A DNA stretch of 64,000 nucleotides from Rhina ancylostomus (lineage: Eukaryota), in NCBI GenBank assembly GCA_030265395.1, contig JARFYF010000068.1, positions 11,123,337-11,187,336 on the forward strand, written 5' to 3'. The position numbers and the translations under genes were made by a program. Below the pieces are notes generated by a model that was given only the letters and a program-made list of their open reading frames with translations, was not told where the DNA came from and did not search any database. This document shows, one piece after another, positions 24,101-37,825 of the stretch (within the stretch, counting starts at the first letter, position 1; each line of letters begins with the position of its first letter).

Positions 24101-24377
24101 TTGGAAGAAATTTCTTAATGTTTGGACAATTACAACTAATTATAATTTGCCAAAAGCTCACGTCTTTCGAGATTTGCAAATTAGAGATTTTCTCTTATCT
24201 CAAGTACAGACCTTTCCTATAAATCGTGTTAAGAACTTAATAGATGTAATATTTAATTTGAAGCCTTTTTATGATGCTTCAATATCTAAGATTTATAGTA
24301 GATTATCAGGAATGAATAAGGTCCCTTTAGACAAAATTAAAAACGCCTGGGAACGCGATCTGCAGATTTGAATTTTT
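21173..24377 (+). mobile_element. Decayed L1-clade LINE ORF2 (APE endonuclease + RT), 3'-truncated
   Basis: SFDVKGLN...IFVQETH (APE N-terminus), SDHVP, GKTPGTDG, DAETAFDRIEW, RQGCPLSPLLF and HKVSLYADDLLL; many stops and frameshifts. Confidence 0.92.
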
Positions 24378-26570
24378 GATATTTGTAGGCTTGAAATTTA
24401 TAGGAAAACGTCTCGCTAAGAATTAATGTTCACCTTTCACCTGAGTGTGTGAGTTCATTTTGCTTAATGTTCCACTACAAATTTTGAAGGGGTTGGACAA
24501 TGTTGGACTTAGAATGTGAATTGCCGGAGGGCTTGGCTTTCACTGTGCATGATTTCCTCCGAACAACACAATGTTCCTCAGTACAGTTGTTCTTAAATGT
24601 AGGAGGCCCTGCTTTCATAGACTTAATGTGTCTTGCATTTCCAGCTTCAAGAGCAGAACAACGCAGTTTGTCACCTTCCGAGCATAGAAGGGATAACGAT
24701 TAATGACATGCACAATTGTATTGGGTTTAATTGTAAAGTTTCATTGACTTAAATCGCTGAGCTTGGCTAACGAATCCAAAGGAATCCATGACTTTGCCAC
24801 TGAGAAGGGAGGAAACCAAATGTTTTGCAGTTAAAGTGAGAAAAATATGAGCGGCCATTTTAATCATGTGAGTTACACTTTTCATATTCGGATATATTTC
24901 CTTATTGTGACAAATGCAATAATGGAGAGCCTACTTTAATCCATATGTTTTGATCATGTCCGAGTTTGGAAAAATTGTGGATAGAGGTATTTCAAACTCT
25001 TTCCGTACGTTTTCTGCATTAAACTCCATTCACCAAGTGTATGGGCACCGGATGTGCTTATACCCTCTTGACATCCAAACCTGCAATATAAGCATGTCGA
25101 TTAAATTTTTATTTAAATTCTCTCAATTATGGTTCGCTTGACACTTTCTGATTTTGCCAACGAGTGTAATGAAACAAAAAAAAACAGTGCGCTGGAGGTA
25201 CTCAGTGGGTTAGGAAGCATCTGCGGAGGAAAACCGCGTTAGTCGGGTTTGGGGTTGCATCTCTGCATCAGGATTGAGATGGAAGAGCAAAGATTGCCAA
25301 CGTATAGCAGTAAGAGGAAGGGATCGGTCAGAGTCTGGACGGCGATAGGTGGAACCAGATGCAAACAGGCGGGAAGGAAGGGAGAGTTGTATAACTGGAG
25401 AAGAATATAGCTCCAACTACCCATCATCCCCTGCCATCTGGTTCCACCTATCACCTACCAGTCTCTATCCCATCTTTTCCTCGTGCTGCGATAGACTACC
25501 AATATTTTCTCCTGCCTTTTAATTTGGATCCAGGGCTCGAATGTAACGTCGACTAACACATTGTGCCTCTCTGGATGTTGTTCGACCAGCTGAATTCTTT
25601 TGGTGTCCTGCTCTTTGTTTGTTTCAGATTTTAACATCTTGGGTCATTCTTGTGCTTACAATTACAGGCGTTATTTCAACAAATCACAGTCAGTCAGGGA
25701 CTCTGCACAAATAATGTTACAATGGAGTTCTTCATTATTCGATGATGTCAAAAGGTCGTGATGTTTGGCGCATTATACGCTAATAATGGATAAATATCAT
25801 CATCCACAAGAATGTTGAATTGTTGGATGTGTCGGGAGGTACAGCAATTGATTTTATTTTCGTGTGCATTTCTGGTCACAGATACATCTCCCAAAGATTC
25901 CACTGATCGTTTTTATCCGTAATTGAGCCTCAGGAATAGACCATTGAGCATTAGATTTTTGAAAATAAAGAAGAAAGGCATTAAATCTAAATGAACCCAA
26001 TGAAATCTACTTACTGTTATTAGTAGCTTGATTTCACTTTGTAAAGGCAAGATACATCGCCAATTAATATGTGGGGATCAAAATAAATTGCTTTGATGTT
26101 TTAGACAATGCTTTGACTCCGTTTCTTTGCAACAGTATCAATCACAATTATCTTGCTGCAATGTTAGTTTATTTTATTTTGGAGAAGCAGATAAATGGGC
26201 ATTTAACAACAGACAACGTTCAATAAGAATATCTGCGTAGAAACAGTCCATTCCTCCTAACCTGTGTATGGCAATATTTAGAGTTAATTTGAACTACTTT
26301 CCATAGTCCTTCGTCAAACTCTAACAGAATAACCAGCTGATCCCATATATCTCACATTCTTGTTCAGTCTTCGAAATAAATTATTTGTTTCCACGTTGTC
26401 ACCGGTTTCTATTGCTCATCTCACCTAGATACTGTCTTCTCCAGAAGCAGATTTGTAGTTATACAACACAGAGACAGGCCTTGTGCCCAAATTGTCTATA
26501 ACAACCAAGGTTCCTCTCTCAGCTAATCCTATTTAACTGTGTTTGGTCCATGTCCCTCTAAGTATTACCT
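24378..26570 (+). repeat. Local segmental duplication, copy B (lacks ~1.1 kb present in copy A)
   Basis: See 16140-19335; begins exactly where the L1 stops. Confidence 0.85.
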
Positions 26571-27978
26571 GTCAATGTATCTGGCCAATTGTTTCCGAAC
26601 GTTGTAATTGTACCCGCTTCTCGCACCTTCCAGGGTAGCTCGTTACCATGCAAGCAGCACGGTGTGTGTGAATAAAATACTTTCCCTCAGATCACCATCA
26701 AATCTTTCCGCTCTCGACATCAATCTGTGATCCTTAACTACATCCCTGTGGAAAAAACTGTGACAGTCTATCCTCTCTGTTCTTGTCATAATATTGTAAC
26801 CTTTTTGCAGCCATCACGCAACCTCTTTCCCAGCAGGGAAAACCGTTCTCCATATTGTTTCTTTGAAGACCGTCACTCATTTTAATGGCATCTCTCGGTT
26901 CTTTCTCAGGAAAAATACTAACCCGTGCAGAGTGAATGATTTGCTAGTAGATCCCATCGCTGATAAATGATTGAACGCAGTAATGATTTGTTTACTTCTC
27001 AGTGTACTTGCCATATACTAAAGACATATCTATTCATAATGTCTGCTTAAACACCATAGTATTTAACCTGGAAATTTGGCAAACATTTTTAAGCAGCGAT
27101 AGATAATTATTTATATAATTATTTCTGATATGTCCTTTTTTGGCCCATAATCAATTGATTCCAATCCTTTCGCTGTGTGAGTACATTGATATCAGGATAT
27201 CTCTTTCCTTTATATTCATTTGAAAAACACGCAACAGAGCAGGAGCTTTTCAGCTCTTCGAGCTTGCACGTTCATTCAATAGGATCACGCGTGATGCAAA
27301 TTTATTAAAATGATTCTTTCTTTCCATGTACCATGATCATAACCACAACACCTAACTCCTTGAAAAGATAATGATTTGACTTCAACTGCACATTCAACAG
27401 ATTCTCAATTGCTGACGAATACCGAGAGTATTGAGCGAAAATTGGCAATCTCACTTTAATGAATTGCAAACATGTAGTAAACCGTAATTGTCATTACATT
27501 ACAAGGATTATATTAAAGATGATTTTCAACACTGTTGCATCAAATTTATGAACAGTGCATCATTTCACATATTTTTAAATGTTTTAATAAAGGTGAGGAG
27601 AGTACAGGAACATTCATGAGTTTAGTCAGAACAATCTTGCATTGTATCGAATAATTTCTCTTCAGGTAACATCAGAATTACATTAGGAAAGCCATTAACT
27701 ATATTAAAGTCGTTTCAATGGAGACAGGTCGAATTTAATTTCAATGAATAACATTCGAAAGACGTATTTTTTTTAGATGCTGATTTTAAATTAGATAATG
27801 CAATGATAAATAGTTCAGTGATCATCCAGTGGATTTGGTCATTTTCTATGCGGAAACAGAATGCAATATATGCACTGTTGAAATATTTTGTTCCTATGTG
27901 CCAAATGTGAATGGATTTGGATAATTGACTGTAGTTAATTCAACACGACATCTTTTCTAAGGCTGGAAAACTTCAAAT

Positions 27979-28889
27979 TTAAATTACTCTGAACAGGTTT
28001 TTAACCAACGTAAAGGGATATTTAACAGCATTCTGCAATGATTCTCTGAACTTAGCCTGAGCCACTGCATAAATAAATGTGTTTGTGCAAGAACTCAGGC
28101 ACTGAAGCATATACCCAGTGTGTTCCATGGTGGCGAAAGGATCGTTATAATCGGTGAGCATAAACTGAACGCCTATAAATTGTGTACATATGAAATGTAC
28201 AAATGTTACCAACCATAGCAATATGAAACAGCTTGAGATAGAGACCAGTAATATGACTGATTTTCTGCGGTTCACAATTTCTGGATCATTGCAATCCTCG
28301 TTAGTTCCCTCTCCCTTAAGACCCCTTCTTATTCTACTAGCCTGTAAAATATGTCTGGTGGTCAGTGCATTAAGCAACACAATCAACAGAAATGGTGCAA
28401 ACGGTGTCAATGTAATGTCAATCATGAAATATGCAACCCATATCGGTAGACTCGAGAGGTGCGACTTCACTTTGCAGAAATATGATATATTATCAATAAT
28501 TTCCACGTGTTCATTTTCAAAGAAAATTGGAATGTTCTGTACCAGGCTTAATCCAAACACAACCAAAACAACTGTGGCCGCAGTTCTTTCTGTGCAATAT
28601 TTCCCTCTCAGCTTCTGACAACCAATGGCGATGAATCGATCGAATGTGAAAGCAACAGTTAGCCAGACTGAGCAATCAATGGCTGTAAATACCAGTGCGA
28701 TTTTGAGGCTGCAAATAGGAGTGTAATCCAAGAATGAACGTGGAAAATACATGTCATTGATCTCATACAATACCACATCAAATATTATCACCAGTAGATC
28801 TGCCACAGCCATTGCAATCATGTAACGAGTAATGCATTTGGAAAGACCACACGTCCCACGAGATAGAATCACAATCGCCATTAGATTAC
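27979..28889 (-). CDS. GPR139/142-like GPCR B, exon 2 (spliced protein 326 aa)
   Basis: TTTTACAG acceptor, phase 1, open to TAA. NLMAIVILSRG, MAVADLLV, SVWLTVAFTFDRFIAI, NRRKSVILL, FILLW, CTNTFIYA; TM1 completed by exon 1. Confidence 0.92.
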
Positions 28890-30741
28890 CTGTAAAAGCA
28901 GAACATATATAGTTAGTTAATATTCAGAAGAAGAAATGCTTCAGAGAACAAAAAGACGGAGTTCGTGTATTAACTCCAAATCTTTCGTGTTGCTACACAG
29001 TTTATTATAATCTTGCATACGGTGGGAGGATGAAATTCACTTGAGTAGAAACGGGGTGCACCCTGAAACATGATATAATTTGGCGTCGTCGTCATTTAAA
29101 GGCCCCCAAAGATAAATCGTTGCCGTAAAATTAAGCCGTATTTCCACAGACACAACCTGTCGCACAGGATGCCAATTGATCGGCCGCATTGGTAAGTATT
29201 AACTGTAACCTGTAACACTAGCTGTTAAAAACACAGGGTGGATTGCAAATGTGGAGTAGTGTAGGATGTTGCGATAGAACAAGTGGCATTTTTTTGTAAT
29301 TAGATTACTGTAAGTGGTAACAAAATCTGGTGAGAGACAAAATTGAATAACAATAACCTGTAAAACTGGACATAACCATAAGTTAATTATATTTTATGAT
29401 TTCCAGTGTCATTGGATTAAATTGGAGATTACTCTTGTTTCAACGCTCTCTTTCGAAACACGGATAAAAATGCCCACAGGAATCACTAAACGCAGATTAT
29501 ATCTCAATGAACCTTTTAATAAATGTAACAATTCGAGGAGGAAAACAGTTATTGAAATAACCCTGTGTTCTGCATGGACTGAATAAGGAAAAAAAATAGG
29601 AGCTCGTGTGTACCACGTGGCCACTCGTAGTTGATCCGTATTCAACTGACCATGGCTGAACTTCACTTCATTTTTTTCTGTACTAAACACTTTTCCCTTG
29701 ATATATCCTCATGTCTAATAAGTCCGTGTCCGTTTTACCAGAATCTTATCACGCAAAAACAGGAGCGGGTTCATGAGAACTGAATCATAACATCTCATAA
29801 AACATTCCAACACAGATAAGCTTCCAAACTTCCTTTTCGGTAACATGTATACATAAAAAATATGACATTACAACGGAAGTTTGAAGCCACCGTTCTGCAC
29901 TTTCAAGTTCAATTTGTCCCTTGGTTGCTGCACAGTTTGCACTGCAGCATCATCAATGGACGATAAGTTATTTTGTCGTCGTTAGTAAGATCAGCCTCAG
30001 AACCAAAGCAAGAGGTATAGCTCGCCAATTTTGATTTCTTAATTGGCCTGATTATTCTTCTGTGTTTCAAGTAAACATATAGTTTGCTCATGATTGAGTC
30101 TCCATCAATGATACTCAAAGGATAAGGGACTTCTCTGACGGCAGCAATTCAAATTGTTGTTTAATTAACAATTAGGAAACAAATGGCAATCTGTGGTACA
30201 CAACACAATCAAATAGAAAGTAAATAGTCCTGAATAGGTTGTCTAACACTGTGCAATGAGCCTACGTTTATCATTTGACATGGAATTGGTTCATTCCCAT
30301 AATCAGCACAGCCTTACATTTTTGCGTCCACGTGACTAAAAATTTAGTTGATATTTTTAGTGCTATTACTCCGCGTTTTCCTGCCTTTCTTTCATTCGAT
30401 AGTGCTTGCTGATGTGGATTAAGGTTTTCTAGTCAGTGTTCTGTGGGAAATCACACTACGATTGCCACTCTATACTTTGTTTCCAAACTGTACAGATTGC
30501 TGGACGCAATGCATATACAAACAGTGACGAGTTCCGACAAAATATATTAGAAACAACAAATGAAAATTCTGATTTTATCTGTGTGCTCAGTGATTAAAAT
30601 ACAATGGATTAATTTTCACTACTTTAGAAATAATAAATTGTTATGTACATCTGAACAAATAACATTCGCTGATATACAGCAAGAGCAGTAATATAGCCTG
30701 ACATACAAAATAAAGTCATCAAGTAACTGTTTCCAACTTAC

Positions 30742-30811
30742 CAGGAACGCCAATCAGAGCAAGAATGGGATAATAAATTTTCTCAATTCGTGGGATTATA
30801 GACTGCGCCAT
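30742..30811 (-). CDS. GPCR B, exon 1 (MAQSIIPRIEKIYYPILALIGVP)
   Basis: 70 nt, GTAAGT donor, phase 1; homologous to exon 1 of C, D and E. Confidence 0.9.
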
Positions 30812-30875
30812 TTCGTCCAACAGCAATAAAGTACAATGTGAGCACGCTCCGATGATTTGGGTTGAAATGATCACA

Positions 30876-30882
30876 ATTTATA
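30876..30882 (-). promoter_or_regulatory. TATA box candidate for GPCR B
   Basis: TATAAAT 65 nt upstream of the ATG; similar position in all four paralogs. Confidence 0.55.
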
Positions 30883-30897
30883 CGTTTGAACACTTAT

Positions 30898-31146
30898 TGT
30901 CATGGTTCTGAGTTCTGGCCCTCAATTTGGCTCAATTAATGCCTTGTTGTCCAGCACATGGATTCCATGCTGNNNNNNNNNNNNNNNNNNNNNNNNNNNN
31001 NNNNNNNNNNNNNNNNNNNNNNNNNNNNNNNNNNNNNNNNNNNNNNNNNNNNNNNNNNNNNNNNNNNNNNNNTCCTGACTCCAGTCTTGTATCAGTGTGC
31101 CGCATTTGGGTTCTCTGTGAGTTTGCTCCAGATCAACATTGTGACA
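30898..31146 (+). mobile_element. LTR (interior gapped) with 5-bp TSD CTTAT
   Basis: CTTAT at 30893-30897 and 31147-31151 flank TGTCA...TGACA. Confidence 0.9.
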
Positions 31147-33749
31147 CTTATATGTAAGAGGTAATGTTTGCTTCCTCAATTTGTTGAAGCAGGTGTGCTG
31201 AGTGAGATATTAAACACACATGTTTGAACAGCTAATGAAGAGGTTATTTTTTATTCCATTCTACAGAGGGAAAATAAATCTTGGGCACAAATTCATATAC
31301 TTCTGAGCAACAGAAACTGATAAATATCATTTTTTGTCTTTTTGTCCAGTTTTTAATGTGAATAAAATGAGTCTTGAATTGTTAAAGTTCAGCTTTAACG
31401 TGCTTTCCCGTTATCAATCGTGAAAAAGTTGACACAAGCATCTGCGAATTTGTTGAATTAGTTTTTCTTGTATTCGTAAACTCATAGCAGTGAGTTTTTT
31501 TACGAAATCACCACCTTCTCCATGAAGGTTATATAAACTCCTCTGTAGCATTGGTAGACCATGTGCTTAGGATGGACCATATACTTTTCTGACGGTCAAT
31601 TGGAATTCAAAGTCCATCTGCCTCAATTAAAATGAAATGTGAAAGAGGGTGCCATGGAGTAAATCGATTATCAAGATGGAACTTTCCTCCCTCTTCGTCA
31701 CCTTAAATTTACAATGCCGACTGTTAAATGGTCCGGTGCAAAGTTCGGGGAATATATCTTTTATTCGCGAGTTCAGGATACACCACTTCCATGCACCCGC
31801 ATTGTTTACTCTTCAGTGAGAGTAATTCCAAGTACCCTCTATTATTTCTTCCTATTATTTAAATCTGCTGATTTGCTTCCTTTTTGCTGAGAACTAAGTG
31901 AGTTATTTTCACTAGCTAGAGACCTCTCTCATTTTTCAAACTTCACTGATATCTTCCCAATAAAATCCTTTGTTCTGTGGTCACTTTTTGTCAATTTCTT
32001 CTCGACGTCTCTTGTAGTTTCTAGTAGTACGTAGTCAATAACATGTAAATAATATTATGAAACCTGTTTTCTTTCGAAATAATTCAGAAGGTTAGTTTTT
32101 TTTGTGTCTGTACGTTTATTAGAATGATAAGCGTATTGCACAAGATAAAATATCGAGGCAACGACAAATTAGAGATCTATCAACAAAGAATGTTACTTCA
32201 TTCTCCTTGTATTGGATACATCAAATTTAACAAGAACAGTGCAGATCATTTTTTTTCTGCATGTCTACAATGAACATGCTTTCTCTAGCTGATGGTGGTA
32301 AGAAAGCAGAAGGTCACCGCCCAATTGTCACCCACGGAAAGCACGAAGAGACCACATCATCGGTGCAGTAATATAAAATAATGAGAAATATTTAACATGA
32401 CGAATACAACAAGAAAGAGCAGAGATTTGTAAACAACATGCTGCATGCAATGGATGTCTGATGACATGACGATGTAAATATGTTGGGGTTGTCCTGGGAA
32501 ACTAACCGAGCATAACTGAATAAGTGGTGAGCTGGTTTCATTCATGATTTCAAGGGGTGCGTGTGTTCTATATCTAACGCTTTACTAAGGAGTTATGATT
32601 CGTGGTTTTAAAAGATGAATGACGTGGACGCGTAGGAATGAGGAATTTTTCTCCTCGGCTTTTCCCATTGGCAGAGCTACTGCCTAACAATATCAATCCA
32701 TTCTCACTCCCGCTTTCTCAGTTAATTATTGGTATAATGTGGGTCATAAGTTAGAATTTAAATTCATTGGACTCGATGTAGCTCGAGAGGGAGCGGTTGA
32801 TATACAGACTCGACAAGAACTCCATCATCAGCGCCGTGCCTTATTTTCTCAGCTACCGTCGGGCAGGAAGTGCAGACGCTTGAAGTCCTAGACTAACGGG
32901 TTCATGAACGGCTACTTAATTACAACCATTCGGTTCTTGAAACAACCGGCACAACCCTAATCACTACAGTTTAGCCACACAATGACCATTTTGACTAACT
33001 TGCAGCGAAAATGAATTTGCTTTTGTTCTGATTGTGTTTTCGTGGAAGAATATGTTTTAATTATGATTACTTTCTGTTTTTTTTCTTGTGAATTCTGCTT
33101 ATATGATAATATGTATCTGTGATGCTGCTGGATGTAAGTTTTTCTTGTAACAGTGCATACACGTACTTTTGCATATGACTTTAGATACGACATTGTTTTT
33201 TTAATACGAGCAGAGGACTAATATATGTTGATGAGTTTGGCTCCTTCTTCTACAGTGCGTATAAAGCCTTTTGGCAGATTTTTCTGGAAATATATCATTA
33301 ACACAGATCGATGTTATCCTTTATCTGCTGCATATCGTGACATGAAATGTAATTGAAATGTGTGCATGGCCAAATGAACGCAGTGAAGAAAACACTGACA
33401 CGAAGCAGTGGAAATCCCTTCAGTGTTTTCAATCATATTGAATAAAACTGTGAGATCAGAATGCATGTTCCAAAATTATTTTCACCATTCCATTAGATTG
33501 CGAAATAGCGCATGCCAAACTGTTTATGGGTGAAATTGAGATGACAGGTGTTAAACAAATTGAACCTCAAATATATTGTCTAGAATTCTTAATCGTCCAT
33601 AATTAAATTTAAAATGATTCAACTCTTCACAGACATCGAAGGACAAATATAAGCTTGTAAGGGTTTAGAACACCGATTAACTTTTGTAGAAATAAAACTG
33701 TCCGAAGCAGCGGACAGGATTTTAAAAAATATATAATATCAGAGACTCA

Positions 33750-34060
33750 TGCAGCACGGAAACATAACATTCGAACGATCGAGTCCAGCTGACCAATAAA
33801 CACCTATTTGTATTAATACTACGTCAAATTATTTTCACTCTTCCGTATTCCGATCAAGTCCTAAGAATTTTATCACTCACTTGAATGGCAACCCACATGT
33901 CATTTTTGGGATGAGGTCGGAAATCCACACATCCAGGGAAAACTCAAGCTCTCCCAGGGACAACAAGAAAATACCACACAGATCGTACTAGAGGTCAGCA
34001 TCGAACTCGAGTCCCTGGAGCTGTGACACAGCCGCTTCATTGGCTGAACCACCATGTGGC
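33750..34060 (-). mobile_element. Old SINE remnant
   Basis: ATCGAACTCGAGTCCCTGGAGCTGTGA...CACCATG resembles the head of the SINE at 14335-14640. Confidence 0.5.
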
Positions 34061-36911
34061 ACTTGTGAGAGCTTTTCAGAGAAGTTTGGAGGACATTATA
34101 ATGAAATTTTCTCTCAGTTTATGTTGTCATTCAAGTGGTTGAATGCAAGTTTTTTAAATTGACTGGCAGTTTTACTGAGTGATAGAACACAGACATCACA
34201 TTAAAAGGGTAGGTACTCAAGCTGACAGATATGAAAAGTGGAATTGTGCCGTTTGCTATAATGGGCCTGAACCTATTCATCGAACTCGATTCGTATGATG
34301 GGATTAACAGCAATGCTTTAATGTTGGCTGCTGACTAAACAAAACATCGACATTATATAGGGCAGAACACACGACATGGAATACTAAAAAAATTGAGAAA
34401 ACTAGTTGAATTGCGGTAAATGAATTTCAGTGCCGGAGAAGTGAACCATAAAACAAAAGAAACGAACACATTTTAAGGACAAAAGGTCAAAAGCAGTGGA
34501 GGTCCAAGTACATAGTTCACTAAAATATGATGGAATGTTACGGATAATAATAAAGATAACAATAACTGGGGCACTGAAAAACTACCGCTTTGTAAAATGT
34601 TGATTGGACTACGTACAAATACTGTTAACTGCTGAACAACACATTTAAGAAAGGATAATTTCCTTGGATATGACATAGTCTCAGAACTTTATATGGATAT
34701 GTGGTTGATTGGATTGGTTTGGAAAATAAAATAGGGCGGGCGGGGACTGACATAAATCTTTTGAGCTGTCAGGAGAGAAAAGCTACTTCGTCATTGTAAT
34801 TATCGCATTGGGGGACATTATCTAAAAGTTAAAACTAGAACGTCCCGCAGCAGTTGGGAAAAATATAACAGAGCGTTCACCGATGGGTTATAATGTGACT
34901 AATGTCCTAGATTAGATTGTGGTGAAACAGTGGAGAGAGCGAGAGAGTGATTTACAAGCAGCCAGCTATGGACGAAGGACGTAACAACTATCGAGCCTCA
35001 GCCTGTGCCTTTGCCAAACGGGTACAAAATTGACGCAGCTTGTGCCGATGGGAACAAGGGAAAAGGTAGGAAGGATGGCCAGCCTGGAGATCTACTCAAT
35101 GGAATAGTAAATGTCGACGGAGCACTAATGAAGACGGCATACAGGCGGCACCGATACTGCTCTCCACAGCCAAACCAGGGAGTCCTGAAGTCTTTGTTTG
35201 CTTACACATTGCAAGGTGATTTTTTTTCTCCTCAAGATTTTTGGGGATCTTAATGGGAAAAAGATCATCCAGTCCCCTAAGTATGAATGACATGAGCAGA
35301 GATTAAAAAAAAGAGATACTGCTTACGGATCATGGACAAACAAAAGTCTAAATTAGTCAGAAGGTAAAGTGAAAACATATCGGAATATAGTATTGTCAAC
35401 ATATATTTCAAGTGGAATAGCTCCTTTATTTAATCCATCAATACAAACGATTAGAGACTACTGAAGTTGGAAGTCGTTTAGTTTTGGATTTTTAACAAAA
35501 TCTTTGAAATCACATTCAATGGATTCTGATAGAACGTGAATTTTGACGAGGCAATTTGCAGAATAGATTGATATATTGCTGCAGAGCAGAAGACAGCAAG
35601 AACCTACTAAACATAGGGCAGGAGCCTAACTAAATTGAAGCTCTTGTGTCACAGATTCATTCCTGGAATTATGGGTCCTCAGTATTTACATAAATGACCT
35701 TCCGGAATCATAACCTCCATTTCAAAATTCACTGATATCACAATATCTCGAGCTGTAATAATTACCAGGAAGATGGTGACAATTTCCTCCAAGACATTAT
35801 GTAATAACTCTGCAAAACGATTATGAAATTGTCTGTTAAATTTCATTTTGGAATCCATATTCTGTCAGTTTCTAAAGGCGCAGCGAAGTAACTGTATAAT
35901 GAACATAAGCATTACTTCATCAATGTGAGCGATTCTGCGAAATGCAATGGAGCACTGGATGCTGTTTTAAAAAGGTTTGGATTCAAGAGAAAACCTATCT
36001 GTCTGGAATATCAGCGCATTTGAATTACAGCTAAACATGTGGTGGGAACTTGTCAAAACATGAAATATAGGGATTAAAGAGAAATAGTCGTAAAATGTTT
36101 ACAGTTAGATGGACTGGTTGCAGTAACAGTCAGAAAAAAATATCTAATTTCCAGCGAAAGATGAACTGTTGGCGATGAACTAGATTAGCAGTAGTTACAG
36201 AAGTAAAATGATGAAATGAGGCTTATACGGAACATGACAAATTGTGGGATCCAGTTTGCTTTTTGGAATCAATAATTGAGGACCTCATCGGAGATGGCAG
36301 TGATCACTAAGCTTCCGATAAGACAGTTTATCGGTGGGATACTGAATAATCTGTCAGCAGAGACATGACAGAAGTTAGAAAGTTAACAAGTCTTTGCCTG
36401 CTGAGCAGCTGCCTCCTGAAGATGTTTACAGTGCAGAGCCATAGTTTTGCAACCTATTACAGATAAATGATGATCTAAAGTGATTGTTTGATTCCTATTC
36501 ATTGTAGTGAATTCCTCTTGAGACAAACCCAACAGAATCTATTACAGGGGTTGTAGAACACGGATCAGGTCAGATATAACCGGAAAACTGAAGTGAGATT
36601 GCTTGTATTGTGAATACTACATNNNNNNNNNNNNNNNNNNNNNNNNNNNNNNNNNNNNNNNNNNNNNNNNNNNNNNNNNNNNNNNNNNNNNNNNNNNNNN
36701 NNNNNNNNNNNNNNNNNNNNNNNNNNNNNNNNNNNNNNNNNNNNNNNNNNNNNNNNNNNNNNNNNNNNNNNNNNNNNNNNNNNNNNNNNNNNNNNNNNNN
36801 NNNNNNNNNAGTCACGATCAAATAGGAGACCTGCATACACACAGTATTAAAAGATATTCTATGGAAACGTTTGCACGTCTCAAGGACTGAGTAAGACAGT
36901 ATTGCACTCTG

Positions 36912-37825
36912 TTATTTAAAACATCGAGCAAACTTAACAATGAGGCGAAAAGGGTTCTGAAGGAGACTCAGCAATTCTCTTCGGAACTTATTCTGTGCTA
37001 CTGCATAAATGAACATATTGCTGCAGGAACTCAGACACTGAAGCATGAAACCTGTTTCTTCCATGACAACAAGACCCTCATTGGGTGCTGCTAACTCAGC
37101 TTGAAAATCTGCAATTTGGGTATAAATATAATATATAAAATTTAGCAGCCACAACAAAATAAAGGAGCATGAGATGGCAAGCAATAAAATTATTGATTTC
37201 CTCCGATTCTCTATCTCCAGGTCTTTATATTTGCAATTAATATTATTGCCCCTAAGTGCCTTCCTCACTTTACTACTCAGTAGAATGTGTCTAATGGTTA
37301 AAGCATTTAGCAACAAAATCAAAAGAAATGGGGAAAATGGCGTTAAAACAATGCCAAACCAGAGGAACGCCGACCACACAGGTGAGATATAGAAGACTGG
37401 CTTTACAATACAGAAGTAAAAATGACCTTCAATTATTTCTTGGTGTTCAAATATGAAGTACATTGGAATATTTTTTAGAACAAGTAATCCACACACTGTT
37501 ATTATGCATATTTTTGCATATTTTTCAGTGCAATACTTCCCTCGCAGCCTTTGGCAACAAATTGCCACAAATCTGTCCAAGCTGAAGGAGACAGTTAACC
37601 AGACGGAACAATCAATGGCGGCAAAACCCAGGGCGAGGATAAAGCTGCAGACCGGGGTGTAGTTCAGGAAAGATTTTCCGAAGTAAACGTTATTAATTTC
37701 ATAAAATACGACGTTATCGAGGATGAACAGTAGATCCGCCATCGCCATGGCAACCATATACATGCTTGTGCATTTCGAGAGACCGCTGTTTCCTCGGAAG
37801 AGAATCACAATTGCCAGTAAGTTGG
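36912..37825 (-). CDS. GPR139/142-like GPCR C, exon 2 (spliced protein 327 aa)
   Basis: CATGCAG acceptor, phase 1. NLLAIVILFRG, MAMADLLF, SVWLTVSFSLDRFVAI, ENRRKSIILL, CSNMFIYA; intact to stop. Confidence 0.92.

Noticed and set aside
36565-36890. ORFs containing long X runs (also at 6675-7037, 30922-31179, 40238-40629, 45654-45860, 53968-54306, 55772-56134)
   Set aside because: Artefacts of translating through N gaps.
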